64,000 nt of DNA. Source: Candidatus Hodarchaeota archaeon (GTDB lineage: Archaea; Asgardarchaeota; Heimdallarchaeia; Hodarchaeales; Hodarchaeaceae). The stretch is taken from contig JAHQWW010000004.1 in assembly GCA_029856365.1 (NCBI GenBank), forward strand, positions 32,001 through 96,000, written 5' to 3'. The notes beneath the pieces were generated by a model, which saw nothing but the letters and a program-made list of their open reading frames with translations, did no database searches and was not told the DNA's origin. Below are positions 19,149 to 29,273 of this stretch, in pieces. The position numbers and the translations under genes were made by a program. Each line of letters opens with the position of its first letter. The first letter of the stretch is position 1.

Positions 19149-21857
19149 ATGGAGGAAAATAAATTTCAATATTCATTTACTCAATTATTGAAAAATCCTC
19201 CTCCCCCAAAAAAACCAACAAAAATCCTCTTAGAAATCTTCTTCCAACTAAATTCATTGAAACTCAAACACTTGACATGCAGCAATATTTTGCTTCAATT
19301 CATTAGCCTCCTTTTTTTCAGTCCAAAAAGTATTCCTTTTTCTAATGACGAACGATTCACTAATTGGAAAGAAGTATACGACTATTATGGTAACCCTGAA
19401 CGTATTTTTCTTTCAATAGAAGATAAATTAATTCCTACTTCCATAAAAAGCTTATTTCTTAACAAAAATCATAATCAAGACGATAAATTGGTGGCAGATT
19501 GGTTAAATACAATTGATTGGGGTACTACTGCGGATTATCTTAGCAAGAATTATCGTTGGTTAAATGACTATTATGATTTAGAAACTAATGAAACAGATTT
19601 AATCACCTTAGAAATCTTTGATACTATTGCAGCTAGCTTGAAGAGAGACGAGTCCTCTTCGAAAAATTTGTGGGGGGAAGTTTATACTCCTTATCGATTT
19701 GCAGCCTATATAGCAAAAGAAAGCTTGATTCATTGGCTTAATAGCTGTTTCCAAGGAAACAAACATATCAATTTATTAAATCAAAATGTGTCCGAACTAG
19801 ATGAAGAGTCCAAATCTCTTCTTCTAAATAAGCTCGAGTCTATTAAAATATTAGATCCAGCAGCAGGTACAGGTGTTTTTCTACTTGCTGCTGCAAAATT
19901 GTTATTAAAAAAATTGAAGGAATTACAACCTAATGGATCCACCCAAAACTTGAAAACTCAGATATTGGAGAGAAATCTTTTTGGTGTAGATATAGATATC
20001 TTTGCTGTAACTATTTCTTTAATGAAATTCTGGTTGTGGGCTTGGGATCATAAGGATTTACATTCTTTTGTCCAAATTTCATTTAAATATAATTTTTATG
20101 AGGGTAATGCCCTTTTGGGGTTCCAAAACATGCCCACAGACTATAGAAAAAACAATCTGGCAAAGCAGCAGTTAGAAAAGCAAAAAAGCTTGCTTGACTA
20201 CCAATATGATCAGAAAAATCTCAATCAATTTGCCATTTATAAAGTATCAAATCACCAAAGCTCTATTCAAGGACTAAATCAGCTTTTTAAGTTCGCTCAA
20301 AGTCTTATTAAACATCATTCATTTAAATATTTCATTTTAGAGGGTGATCGTGTTCTCTGGAATAGTGAAAAAGATAGCTTAAACAAGAATGTATTGAAGA
20401 AAACTCGATTTTCCGCTTCAAATTCATGTTCTTCAAATTACAATCTCTATGCTGTTTTTTCACCTTCATTAAATGCGAAAGAAGAAGAAACAATAACATC
20501 TACACTTTTAGAATGTAAAAAATATTCCATCCCCAAAAAGTTTCATTGGATTTATTTTGGACCATATACTCCTAAGTTCGATTTGATTATCGGCAATCCT
20601 CCATTTGTAGCATTAACTGATATGACGATGATTTCACGAAAAATGCTACGAAGAGAATATCCAAATATTTATACAGGTAATAATGATCTTTCTTACTTCT
20701 TTATTACTCGTGCTCTATCGGCCTTAAGAACTGATAATGGAATTTTATCATTTATTCTCCCAAAATATCTATTACACAGTGTATATGCTAGAAAAATCAG
20801 GAATTTGATAGTCCGATCAGCAAAAATTCTTGAAATTCATGATTTAGCAGAATTTGCCCTGTTTAAAAATACGAGTATAAAAAATATTATTTTACATTTA
20901 AAGAGAGGCAGAATCCGCTCTAATGATATATTTATCTATTATAAATATCGAAAAAAGAAATCTCAAGCCTATAGGGAAGTCTGTAACATTCAGCAGTCCA
21001 ATCTTAAATCAGAAAAGTGGATACTACTTGATCCTCCTAAGTTAAATCTTCTCAATCGCATTAGAAAGAATTCTAATATGAGACTGAAGGACGTAGCTTA
21101 TATTAGTAAAGGAATCGAAACTGGTTGCGATCGTATTTTTGCACCTAAAGAGCCATTCTATTTTTCTAGGATATTAAAGGTCAATCAAATCCATATTAAA
21201 CCTTGGATCAAAGGAAAAGACATTAAACGATTTTCAATATCTAGCACAGGAAGAGAGGTTCTTTTTGCTCCCTGTTATCGTAAACATGAAATTATAGCAA
21301 ATAAGAAAATCTTAAACTATCTTAAACAAAACAAAAAATTATTATTAAATAGAAGCCGCGTTTTTAAATTTTACCTTTGGCGATCTGGGGATGAAAGAAA
21401 GACAATGAAGTGGGATACCCGTAAAATTGTTTCTCCCTATAAGGCCACTCAAAATACCTTTGCAATCGATTTAAAAGGCAGTCTTTCCTCAAAAGATGTT
21501 GTTTGGATAATTCCTAATGAAAAATTCTCTAAAAAAGATTTTATTCTGTTTTTAGTTGCTATTTTGAATTCTGAAGTGTTAACCTTCTTTGCCCTGAATT
21601 CTATCAAAGATCTTGGAGGTCTCTATGAATATTATCCAAAACAAATCCAGGATTTTCCCTTGGTTATTCCAAAATTCAATACACCAGAGTATAAATCCAT
21701 TTGTGATCTTACTTCCAAGATATTGAAGAGTCAAAATGACATAAAAAAAATGAAATCAGAACGGAGATTAAATGAAATTATCTTTAAATTATATTGTCTT
21801 TCTCAAGAAGAAATAGATCTTTTAGAGGAGTGCAATCATCAGTGTTTCCAGAAATAA
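19149..21857 (+). CDS. N6-adenine DNA methyltransferase (gamma class, Eco57I/TaqI-like) with C-terminal specificity domain
   Basis: GEVYTP, ILDPAAGTGVF, LFGVDID and IIGNPPF motifs; TaqI_C-like LVAILNS...FPL tail. Confidence 0.9.
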   Translation: MEENKFQYSFTQLLKNPPPPKKPTKILLEIFFQLNSLKLKHLTCSNILLQFISLLFFSPKSIPFSNDERFTNWKEVYDYYGNPERIFLSIEDKLIPTSIKSLFLNKNHNQDDKLVADWLNTIDWGTTADYLSKNYRWLNDYYDLETNETDLITLEIFDTIAASLKRDESSSKNLWGEVYTPYRFAAYIAKESLIHWLNSCFQGNKHINLLNQNVSELDEESKSLLLNKLESIKILDPAAGTGVFLLAAAKLLLKKLKELQPNGSTQNLKTQILERNLFGVDIDIFAVTISLMKFWLWAWDHKDLHSFVQISFKYNFYEGNALLGFQNMPTDYRKNNLAKQQLEKQKSLLDYQYDQKNLNQFAIYKVSNHQSSIQGLNQLFKFAQSLIKHHSFKYFILEGDRVLWNSEKDSLNKNVLKKTRFSASNSCSSNYNLYAVFSPSLNAKEEETITSTLLECKKYSIPKKFHWIYFGPYTPKFDLIIGNPPFVALTDMTMISRKMLRREYPNIYTGNNDLSYFFITRALSALRTDNGILSFILPKYLLHSVYARKIRNLIVRSAKILEIHDLAEFALFKNTSIKNIILHLKRGRIRSNDIFIYYKYRKKKSQAYREVCNIQQSNLKSEKWILLDPPKLNLLNRIRKNSNMRLKDVAYISKGIETGCDRIFAPKEPFYFSRILKVNQIHIKPWIKGKDIKRFSISSTGREVLFAPCYRKHEIIANKKILNYLKQNKKLLLNRSRVFKFYLWRSGDERKTMKWDTRKIVSPYKATQNTFAIDLKGSLSSKDVVWIIPNEKFSKKDFILFLVAILNSEVLTFFALNSIKDLGGLYEYYPKQIQDFPLVIPKFNTPEYKSICDLTSKILKSQNDIKKMKSERRLNEIIFKLYCLSQEEIDLLEECNHQCFQK

Positions 21858-21878
21858 ATTTACATTAAATATGTTAAA

Positions 21879-24155
21879 TCATGATTTCTTATCATTTCTA
21901 ACCGATAAGAAATCAAAATACTCCAGAGCCTTATTGAAGTAGCTTTGTTCCAACAGAGGATGAGCTTTCAAAGTTATGATGAACTCTTCTCTGGTCAATT
22001 TATAGACTAAGGCAGCAACAGCATCGATAGCAGTAATAGAATCTTGGTAATCCGCTTCTAATCGAGCTTTTGCAAGGGAGGAAGAGGCCTCCATTTTTCG
22101 TCTTGCCCATTCCCTTCCTAGGGGAATAAAACTTTTAACAATAGAAACCATTTTTTGGTGAAATTCTTTATTAGGATCGAACAAAGGAACAGGCATACTA
22201 TCCATAATATACTGATTGATGTTTATCCCATAGCAAAGCTGGCGTATTCTAAACTCGAAAGGGATAGAACACATAATCCCAGCTAAATAGAATTCCACGT
22301 TAGTAATGCTTGGAAGATTATAGAGACAAATCACACTATTCGAAATAACGGATTTTGGTGGAAGAATGGCAATTCGCATTCGCCTGCGTCTGTGATTTCC
22401 TGAAAAATTTTTCCATACGATGATTGTTTGATCCCAAAATGAAATTTTCCTCTGATATTCCTTAAATGATCGAATCCAATACCGAGGATATGTATCATCA
22501 AATCCTAACCGCACTAAATGACGTCCTTCTATAAGGGGATGTGGAGTGATATTTTTGATTAATAGATTCCTATCATTAGTCATATCAACTCCTCGTGACG
22601 TTTTGCAGCCCCATTTATTAGAGGAAAGGGGAGAAAATTTAGTCATCTTTCGATTTATTTTTAATTCAAGTTGATTTCGCACTGCTGGAACGATACATTC
22701 AGGGGAAGCAATAAGAATATCCTCCCGTGAAAAATAAATGAGATTTTCAGATGTTTTAGACAGATTCTTTACACTAATTTTGGATAAAGCGTCAGTAGAG
22801 GAAATTCCTTTAATAAATGGGAAAACCTCATCTGCAGTGCTTTTTTGAGCTAAAACAATAAGAATACTCAGGCCTGGTTCAGCATCAGGAAACATTTCCT
22901 TATTAGAGACGATTTCAATTATTAAATCAAGACGCATTTTCGTTATTAGCATTCGTCGTAAAGGTTGACTATAATACTCTCCCAAAAGTCCACCAGGAAG
23001 AATGATACCCAAAAAGCCATCAGAACTACAGAGATTATAAAATCGTTCAAGAAAGAGTTTAAATAAGTTTTTCTCGCCTGGTTGCCACTGAAAATACTTG
23101 TTAAAATATTCAGTAGTGTTTTTGTAAAATTCTTTCATTTTTAAATACTTGGAATGTGATTCAGTGTCTTTATCTCGAATTGTCTTGATTTGATGTGAAT
23201 AATTTGCTCCCTCAATAGCTGTAGATCCTAACCATTCTCGATCATAAAGCTTCCATTTGTCCCACGGAGGATTACCGATAACTGCATTGAATCCATAGTC
23301 TTCAGAAAAAAAGACTTCGGGAAATTCTAATTCCCAGAGAAATGTGACCAATTCTTTATTCTTAGCTTTAAAAATAAACGAAAAAAAAGGTATTATTGTC
23401 ATCTGATCAAATAACTTGTTTGCCAGTTCAGCTTTATATTTCTCATTTTCTTTTAATATTATATCTACACTCCCATCAAAAGTTTTGTTCCAGTACATCT
23501 TTGACATTCGATCTCTTTGTAAAAGAAGAGTGCTAATTTCTGTAGAATACAGAGAAAATAACTTATTTCTCGCTTCACTGTTCATATGAATAGGAGAAAT
23601 TAGTGAGTTTCCTGTTTTTAAATTAAATTTGACCGCAATCCGTGCTAATCTCGTTATTTCAGGTGTAGAAAATTCTTCTATGATCTTATCACGAGCCTGA
23701 TATACAATTTCTGGGTCAAGATCTACCCCATAAATCATCGATCTAATAATATGAAGTCTCCAAACATCTAATGTAAATTTATCTTTCTTCCCCACCATTA
23801 AAAAATCCATTGCTAATTTTTTTTGAAAATAAGTGCAAAAAAGATCTAAATAAGATGATGTTCGGGTTTTTTCCCATAATTCGCTCAAAAATTCCTCAAA
23901 GAAATGAATCACTTCAACCAAAAATACTCCGTCACCCATGGCTGGATCTACAAAGCGTAAGGTTAGAACTTTATTAAGTAGGTTTGCGATAGTTGAATAT
24001 TTAGTAGGATCTTCAAGAGAACGCCATGGTTTCCAAAAACACTCTGAAATAATCGACCCGCATACTTCATGGACTATTTGGCGTGCGATCATAGGATGGG
24101 TAAAAAACTGTCCGTGTTGTTTTTTTTTGACAAGAGTAGAGTGTTTATAAAACAT
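21879..24155 (-). CDS. N6-adenine DNA methyltransferase (Eco57I-like) without nuclease domain
   Basis: GQFFTHP at residue about 15, VDPAMGDGVF, IYGVDLD, WELEFPEVF, VIGNPPW. Confidence 0.9.
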   Translation of the reverse strand: MFYKHSTLVKKKQHGQFFTHPMIARQIVHEVCGSIISECFWKPWRSLEDPTKYSTIANLLNKVLTLRFVDPAMGDGVFLVEVIHFFEEFLSELWEKTRTSSYLDLFCTYFQKKLAMDFLMVGKKDKFTLDVWRLHIIRSMIYGVDLDPEIVYQARDKIIEEFSTPEITRLARIAVKFNLKTGNSLISPIHMNSEARNKLFSLYSTEISTLLLQRDRMSKMYWNKTFDGSVDIILKENEKYKAELANKLFDQMTIIPFFSFIFKAKNKELVTFLWELEFPEVFFSEDYGFNAVIGNPPWDKWKLYDREWLGSTAIEGANYSHQIKTIRDKDTESHSKYLKMKEFYKNTTEYFNKYFQWQPGEKNLFKLFLERFYNLCSSDGFLGIILPGGLLGEYYSQPLRRMLITKMRLDLIIEIVSNKEMFPDAEPGLSILIVLAQKSTADEVFPFIKGISSTDALSKISVKNLSKTSENLIYFSREDILIASPECIVPAVRNQLELKINRKMTKFSPLSSNKWGCKTSRGVDMTNDRNLLIKNITPHPLIEGRHLVRLGFDDTYPRYWIRSFKEYQRKISFWDQTIIVWKNFSGNHRRRRMRIAILPPKSVISNSVICLYNLPSITNVEFYLAGIMCSIPFEFRIRQLCYGININQYIMDSMPVPLFDPNKEFHQKMVSIVKSFIPLGREWARRKMEASSSLAKARLEADYQDSITAIDAVAALVYKLTREEFIITLKAHPLLEQSYFNKALEYFDFLSVRNDKKS

Positions 24156-24185
24156 TTGAGATTCCTATAATTCATTATGAGAGTA

Positions 24186-26768
24186 TCATTTAGCTTTTTG
24201 GATCCGCATTTGTACTAGATTCTTTAAATCATTGTATAAGTTATTTACCAATGCCTGTGAGAGTGAAAATAATCTCGCCACATAATCGTTAGTAATTTGC
24301 TTTATTGATTTTGGGGTTCCTTGTAAGACAGAGAATGGAGAATAGTCTAAAAGCTGTGAAAAAGCGTGAAATATATCTTTTGAATAAGTCTTGACTAATA
24401 AATCGTAGTTAGGAATTTTAAGCAATTCATATTCATAAACTTTGATATCTAAACCGCCTTCACCCAAATTACTACGTCCCAAAAGTTCTAATTGTAAAGT
24501 GGTAAAAATAGAATTAAGGTACAAGAAATAACTAGTAAATAAGAGGTCACCTTGTTTAAATTTAGTATTAATAAATTGGATACCATATAAACGAGCATCA
24601 AAATAAAAATCTTGCGGATTATAGAAAAATGGAAATCGGTCATTGATTGTCATGAGGCAAAGAAGGTTGAAGGACTCATATTCATGTGATGGTAGACTAT
24701 ACCAATTTTTCCGTGAACTACACGTTGGTCTTTGGTTGAATTTATTACCCACGGACGGAATCCATTTCTCTCCCCAACGAATGTATTTTCTTATGCCTGT
24801 TTTTAATCGATTAATGGGAGAAGGGGAAGCAATCAAAATAACTACAAAATTTAGGTCTTTTTCATGAATCTCATAATTTGTGAGACTCCGAGGGGATTTG
24901 ACTAAATAATTAGGAACCCAAGTAGAACCATCGTTGTCTTTAAAAGAATACTCCCAAGAATATTTTTCTTGTCCAATATCACGATGCATCCAATAATCCT
25001 TTTCAATGATGAACATCGGTTCACTTGGATGAAATCCTTGAGCTTTAAATTGCTTAATTACTAGCTCATCCTTTAAATATAACATTAAATCTCCAGTGTC
25101 TGAATCCCAGCTAGATGTAAAGAATGCATTTGATTTACCTGGTTTACCCACATAAAAAAAGTCATTTGCTCCACTTGTAAACCCCCTTCGGACATGAGCC
25201 ACTTCTCCCAATATAATTAGCTTTTCATCAAGCTTTTTTATTAGTTTGAAGTAGTCTATTGGAGCGCGAAAATATATTCCCCATTTAGATTTCGAGAAAA
25301 GCTCTTTTTGTTTCACAGAAACAACTTGAATCCTTGATGAGTAATCTTTGAGATGGGAAATCTTTTTATCAACCAGTAGTTCAAGATCTAATATGTTGTT
25401 AATTGATACAAAGTTAACCAAGTTTTCAGAGTTGGTAACTTCTTGATATGCCTCCATTTTCTTTCGTTTAAGCTTCAGGATAGCTGTATTAACATCTGCA
25501 GTTGGAATAACCTTTTGTATTCTAGAATTAATAATAAATTCAATCAAATAATGGTCTAAAATGAATTGTTGGAGTTGTTGACCATAAACTACATCCAACC
25601 AAGAATTAGGAATAATTAATCCGACATTATCTTCTTCATCCAAGAGACTAGTTGCATGCACTAAAAAATAAACATATAAACCTGATCTTCCTGATAATGA
25701 AGTTCTGCTATAAGAGGGGGTTGTTTCAATTTTTTGGAGATCTAACAGGATTTTCTCTTTTAAAAACTCCTTATATTCTGTTGTGAGTATCTCATGACGA
25801 GTATAGGGAGGATTCATTAATAACGTGGTCATCCCTGAGTTTTTCATTAACAATTCTAATGTTGAGGAGTCACAATTGAAGAAATCATAACGATAAATCC
25901 GCCAATCAGCCATGGAGTTTGGATTTATTAAAAGAAAATAATTGATAGCACTCTCTGCAATATCTGCTAAAACAGGGTCTAGTTCAACACCAATAAGCTC
26001 AATCTGATTGTACTGAATTGTTCTAGACTCAATTAAGACTCTTAAAGCACCTAAAAGGAATATTCCTGTTCCACATGCAGGATCGATAATTCTGGTGGTT
26101 TTTTCTGTTAAATTCTGTTTACAGATGAAATCTACAACCGGTAATGGTGTGAAGATTTGCCCTTGTAGTTGTTTTTGGTACTCTGGGATTCCTATTTCGA
26201 ATATATATGGTAGTAATAGCTGATTTCCGCTTTTAATATCCCCTCTAATTTTACAAATAAGATTAATGATTTCTAGACAAGAATCCCAGTCTTTAAACAT
26301 GAAAATAAGAAGTTTATTAAGAGGAAAACCCTCATAATCCAAAATAGGGGTTTTCGGTTCAGATTTATTTGCTAATCTCCAAAGATTCTCTAAATAACCG
26401 ACAAATTGATTTCGAGCTTCTTCTAAATTAGAGGAATCTTCTAAAGGGGACTGAATCAGGAGAGAAATTTTTTCTAGAAATGAATTTAGCTCAGGAGTAT
26501 TTTCTAACTTCTTCAATGAGAGCTGAATTTTATCATAAAGGAGAGTAATCAATATTTTTGATAGTGGTTGTACGAATTTTAAGGGCTTATTTTGCCATTC
26601 ATTCCATGAAACCTCGTCTAAAACCTCATAAATTCGTTCTTGAAGTGGTAGTTGGTGAATGAATTGCTTTTGTATGTAAGTTTCCACTGAAGGGAGAAGA
26701 ATTTGAAAAAAAGATAAAAAGTATTGTGGTTGCATTTTTCCAATTGACAACATTTCTGTGGATCTCAT
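24186..26768 (-). CDS. N6-adenine DNA methyltransferase (gamma class) with specificity domain
   Basis: GQIFTP, IIDPACGTGIF, GVELD, MNPPY, IIPNSWLDVVYG, GRSNLGEGGLD. Confidence 0.9.
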   Translation of the reverse strand: MRSTEMLSIGKMQPQYFLSFFQILLPSVETYIQKQFIHQLPLQERIYEVLDEVSWNEWQNKPLKFVQPLSKILITLLYDKIQLSLKKLENTPELNSFLEKISLLIQSPLEDSSNLEEARNQFVGYLENLWRLANKSEPKTPILDYEGFPLNKLLIFMFKDWDSCLEIINLICKIRGDIKSGNQLLLPYIFEIGIPEYQKQLQGQIFTPLPVVDFICKQNLTEKTTRIIDPACGTGIFLLGALRVLIESRTIQYNQIELIGVELDPVLADIAESAINYFLLINPNSMADWRIYRYDFFNCDSSTLELLMKNSGMTTLLMNPPYTRHEILTTEYKEFLKEKILLDLQKIETTPSYSRTSLSGRSGLYVYFLVHATSLLDEEDNVGLIIPNSWLDVVYGQQLQQFILDHYLIEFIINSRIQKVIPTADVNTAILKLKRKKMEAYQEVTNSENLVNFVSINNILDLELLVDKKISHLKDYSSRIQVVSVKQKELFSKSKWGIYFRAPIDYFKLIKKLDEKLIILGEVAHVRRGFTSGANDFFYVGKPGKSNAFFTSSWDSDTGDLMLYLKDELVIKQFKAQGFHPSEPMFIIEKDYWMHRDIGQEKYSWEYSFKDNDGSTWVPNYLVKSPRSLTNYEIHEKDLNFVVILIASPSPINRLKTGIRKYIRWGEKWIPSVGNKFNQRPTCSSRKNWYSLPSHEYESFNLLCLMTINDRFPFFYNPQDFYFDARLYGIQFINTKFKQGDLLFTSYFLYLNSIFTTLQLELLGRSNLGEGGLDIKVYEYELLKIPNYDLLVKTYSKDIFHAFSQLLDYSPFSVLQGTPKSIKQITNDYVARLFSLSQALVNNLYNDLKNLVQMRIQKAK

Positions 26769-26813
26769 TATATCAACAATTTGAAAGTAAATATTTTTCT
26801 CTTTCTTGGTTTT

Positions 26814-27581
26814 TTACTGATTTTCTAAAGGAAAAAATAAATCCAGTGGGGCAATCTTGGGAACCTCTGTCTCATAATACATACATATCTCAGTCATTGG
26901 GCATAATGGACATTTCGGCTTCTGTGCTGTGCAAACTATTGCTCCCAGATCTAAGATACCCTGATTGATAAACCAAACGTTTCCTTTAGAAATGATTGTT
27001 TCAGAAAGCTTCCAAATCTCTTTCTCAAATATTACGTTTTTTTCCCACTTCCACAAACCGAAAATACGTCCTAGAACGCGTTCTACATTTACATCAACAA
27101 TTGCAGCAGTTCTATCCTCCTTCTCAAAAGCAAAACTAAGAATCGCGCCTGCAGTATAGCGGCCAATACCTTTGAGGGATAAAAGGTCATCCAAGTTACT
27201 AGGAAACTGTCCATTTCTCTCAAATGTAATTTGTTTAGCAATTTCATGTAAATATTCACCTCTTCGTTTGTACCCCAATTGATCAGTGATTTCTTTAATC
27301 TCTTTAAGAGGCGAATGAGCCAACCTTTGAATAGTTGGGAACTGTTGCAAGAATTTATTGTATATGGGAACGACAATTTCTACATTAGTCTGTTGAAGCA
27401 TAATTTCGCTGACAAGAATTTTGTAAGGATCTCGAGTACGACGCCAAGGTAAATCACGACCGTTTTGTACAAACCATTCAACGAGGGCCTTGACAAAAAA
27501 TGCCAATCGTTGGCTTTGTATATCGTTAAGAAAAGACACCCTTTTCTTAAGTGATTTTTGTGCTTTCTTCTGACTTGTCAT
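26814..27581 (-). CDS. mutY: HhH-GPD DNA glycosylase, short MutY-like, with [4Fe-4S] motif
   Basis: GRDLPWR, ILVSEIMLQQT, LKGIGRYTA, VDVNVERV and C-x6-C-x2-C-x5-C; lacks the C-terminal NUDIX-like domain. Confidence 0.85.
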   Translation of the reverse strand: MTSQKKAQKSLKKRVSFLNDIQSQRLAFFVKALVEWFVQNGRDLPWRRTRDPYKILVSEIMLQQTNVEIVVPIYNKFLQQFPTIQRLAHSPLKEIKEITDQLGYKRRGEYLHEIAKQITFERNGQFPSNLDDLLSLKGIGRYTAGAILSFAFEKEDRTAAIVDVNVERVLGRIFGLWKWEKNVIFEKEIWKLSETIISKGNVWFINQGILDLGAIVCTAQKPKCPLCPMTEICMYYETEVPKIAPLDLFFPLENQ

Positions 27582-27766
27582 CTTATATTGCTCTAATTCA
27601 TGAAAGTTTTTTAGAGATCTTTCTTGATTTAATACATTGAAAGATAATACTACCCCAGTTATTTATTTTTTTTATTTTCAGTTTTTTAATACGAGTGTGG
27701 AGTTAAGTCATCACGAAAAGAATGCTTAAAAACACGAAAAATCGTTACTTTTTTTAATCTTGGAGG

Positions 27767-28606
27767 ATGAATACCACAATGAACGAGAAAAAAGAAAGTA
27801 CCACGAAGAAGTTAGGGAGATTTTTAGGTAAAAAAGCGGTTGATGCTGGACATATTATTGATAGAGAAATTAGAAAAGCGGGTAAAATAGCTAGGGATGA
27901 ATTTAAGGAATTTGATGTTGGAAATATAGTAGTAAAGCCAACAGAACGACCTAAAGATGAGTCAGTAGTTCATTTTACTCGTCGTGCCCGCCCAACAAAG
28001 ACCTATACACAAGCAAACCGTACAGTCCAGTTTTTCTCGCGTAATCCTGACAAAAAGGAAATGAATCCTGGGATTGATGGACTTGTGAGTTTTTCGATTC
28101 TTATAGCTCCCTTTGCACTGCTTATTGGTGCTTTAATCATTTTTACGAATTTTGATGAATTATTAGCAATATTATTGTTATTCCTCTATGCAATTCTTAT
28201 TGCAATCCCTGGAGCATACCTTGGAATTGATGCTATATTTGCAGGGGCACGATCCGTGATTAAGGGGGGAACAACAACAGTAATAACAATCTTTCGTGGT
28301 TTTTTTGAATTCTTATCTCTTATGGTACAAGGAATAACTGAATTATTAATCCTTGTATTAAATGGACTATTTGGGTTTGCTAAGGGAGCCTTTGATACTT
28401 TAGCTGATTATATTGTGTTTATTGGTGTGTATACTCTATTTGCAATTGCAATTTATTTCGTTCTTCAACTTCTAAATATCACTCAAATTTCTGGCTCTTT
28501 TATTGTATTAGGATTCTTAGTTTTATTACCAGCTCTCCTCCCTGCGAGTATTGCCCATCGTTATTGGTTACTTTGGAGATTGAATCGAGAATCAGCTTCT
28601 AGATGA
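27767..28606 (+). CDS. Hypothetical membrane protein
   Basis: GGAGG RBS; charged N-terminus followed by several TM helices. Confidence 0.75.
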   Translation: MNTTMNEKKESTTKKLGRFLGKKAVDAGHIIDREIRKAGKIARDEFKEFDVGNIVVKPTERPKDESVVHFTRRARPTKTYTQANRTVQFFSRNPDKKEMNPGIDGLVSFSILIAPFALLIGALIIFTNFDELLAILLLFLYAILIAIPGAYLGIDAIFAGARSVIKGGTTTVITIFRGFFEFLSLMVQGITELLILVLNGLFGFAKGAFDTLADYIVFIGVYTLFAIAIYFVLQLLNITQISGSFIVLGFLVLLPALLPASIAHRYWLLWRLNRESASR

Positions 28607-28645
28607 AATTAACTTACCCTAATTCCATTCAAGGAGTTCGATAAA

Positions 28646-29110
28646 ATGGTTATTACAACATTAGATAATATTGACGAAATGATTATTCGTTCTTTAAGTC
28701 AAGACGGTAAAGAATCATATACAAAGATAGCCAACAAGTTAGGGGTCTCAGCCCAGACAATATCTGACCGTGTGGAAAAATTAAGGAAGAAAAAGATAAT
28801 AAAAGGTTTTACTATTGAAGTGGATCCCGAAAAAGTAGATTATCCGATCGAGTTCATTTGTGAATTGGATATTGATGCCAGTGTAATGGACGATGTGCTC
28901 GCTGTGTTGGAACAAATTGAAGAAATACATGTCATCAAGATTACCACAGGAATCCATGATATCTTATGCATTGGAAATGCTCAGAATATTGAAAATCTAC
29001 ACAATATTATCGAAAGAAAGATATCTACCATTCTGGGAGTAAATAAAACCTATACTTCGATTACTTTAAAGAAAATAAAGCAAAATCAAATCCTGAATTT
29101 TAATGTCTAA
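28646..29110 (+). CDS. Lrp/AsnC family transcriptional regulator
   Basis: LDNIDEMIIRSLSQDGKESYTKIANKLGVSAQTISDRVEKL HTH plus RAM domain (ITTGIHD). Confidence 0.93.
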   Translation: MVITTLDNIDEMIIRSLSQDGKESYTKIANKLGVSAQTISDRVEKLRKKKIIKGFTIEVDPEKVDYPIEFICELDIDASVMDDVLAVLEQIEEIHVIKITTGIHDILCIGNAQNIENLHNIIERKISTILGVNKTYTSITLKKIKQNQILNFNV

Positions 29111-29273
29111 TCATGAATTATTATGAAATATTTAGCCTTTTAAAACGAATTAAATATCCAATTTTTATCATAGATCAATTATAACTCCAATTGTTGAGCA
29201 AAATATGCCAAATTAGTCAAGTTTAAAAATTAAAAAGTGAATCACAGCGAAAAATAATAGGAAAGAAAAGAAA

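Noticed and set aside
19149-26768. BREX, DISARM or classical type I R-M system
   Set aside because: No PglZ, BrxC, helicase, HsdR or separate HsdS genes nearby
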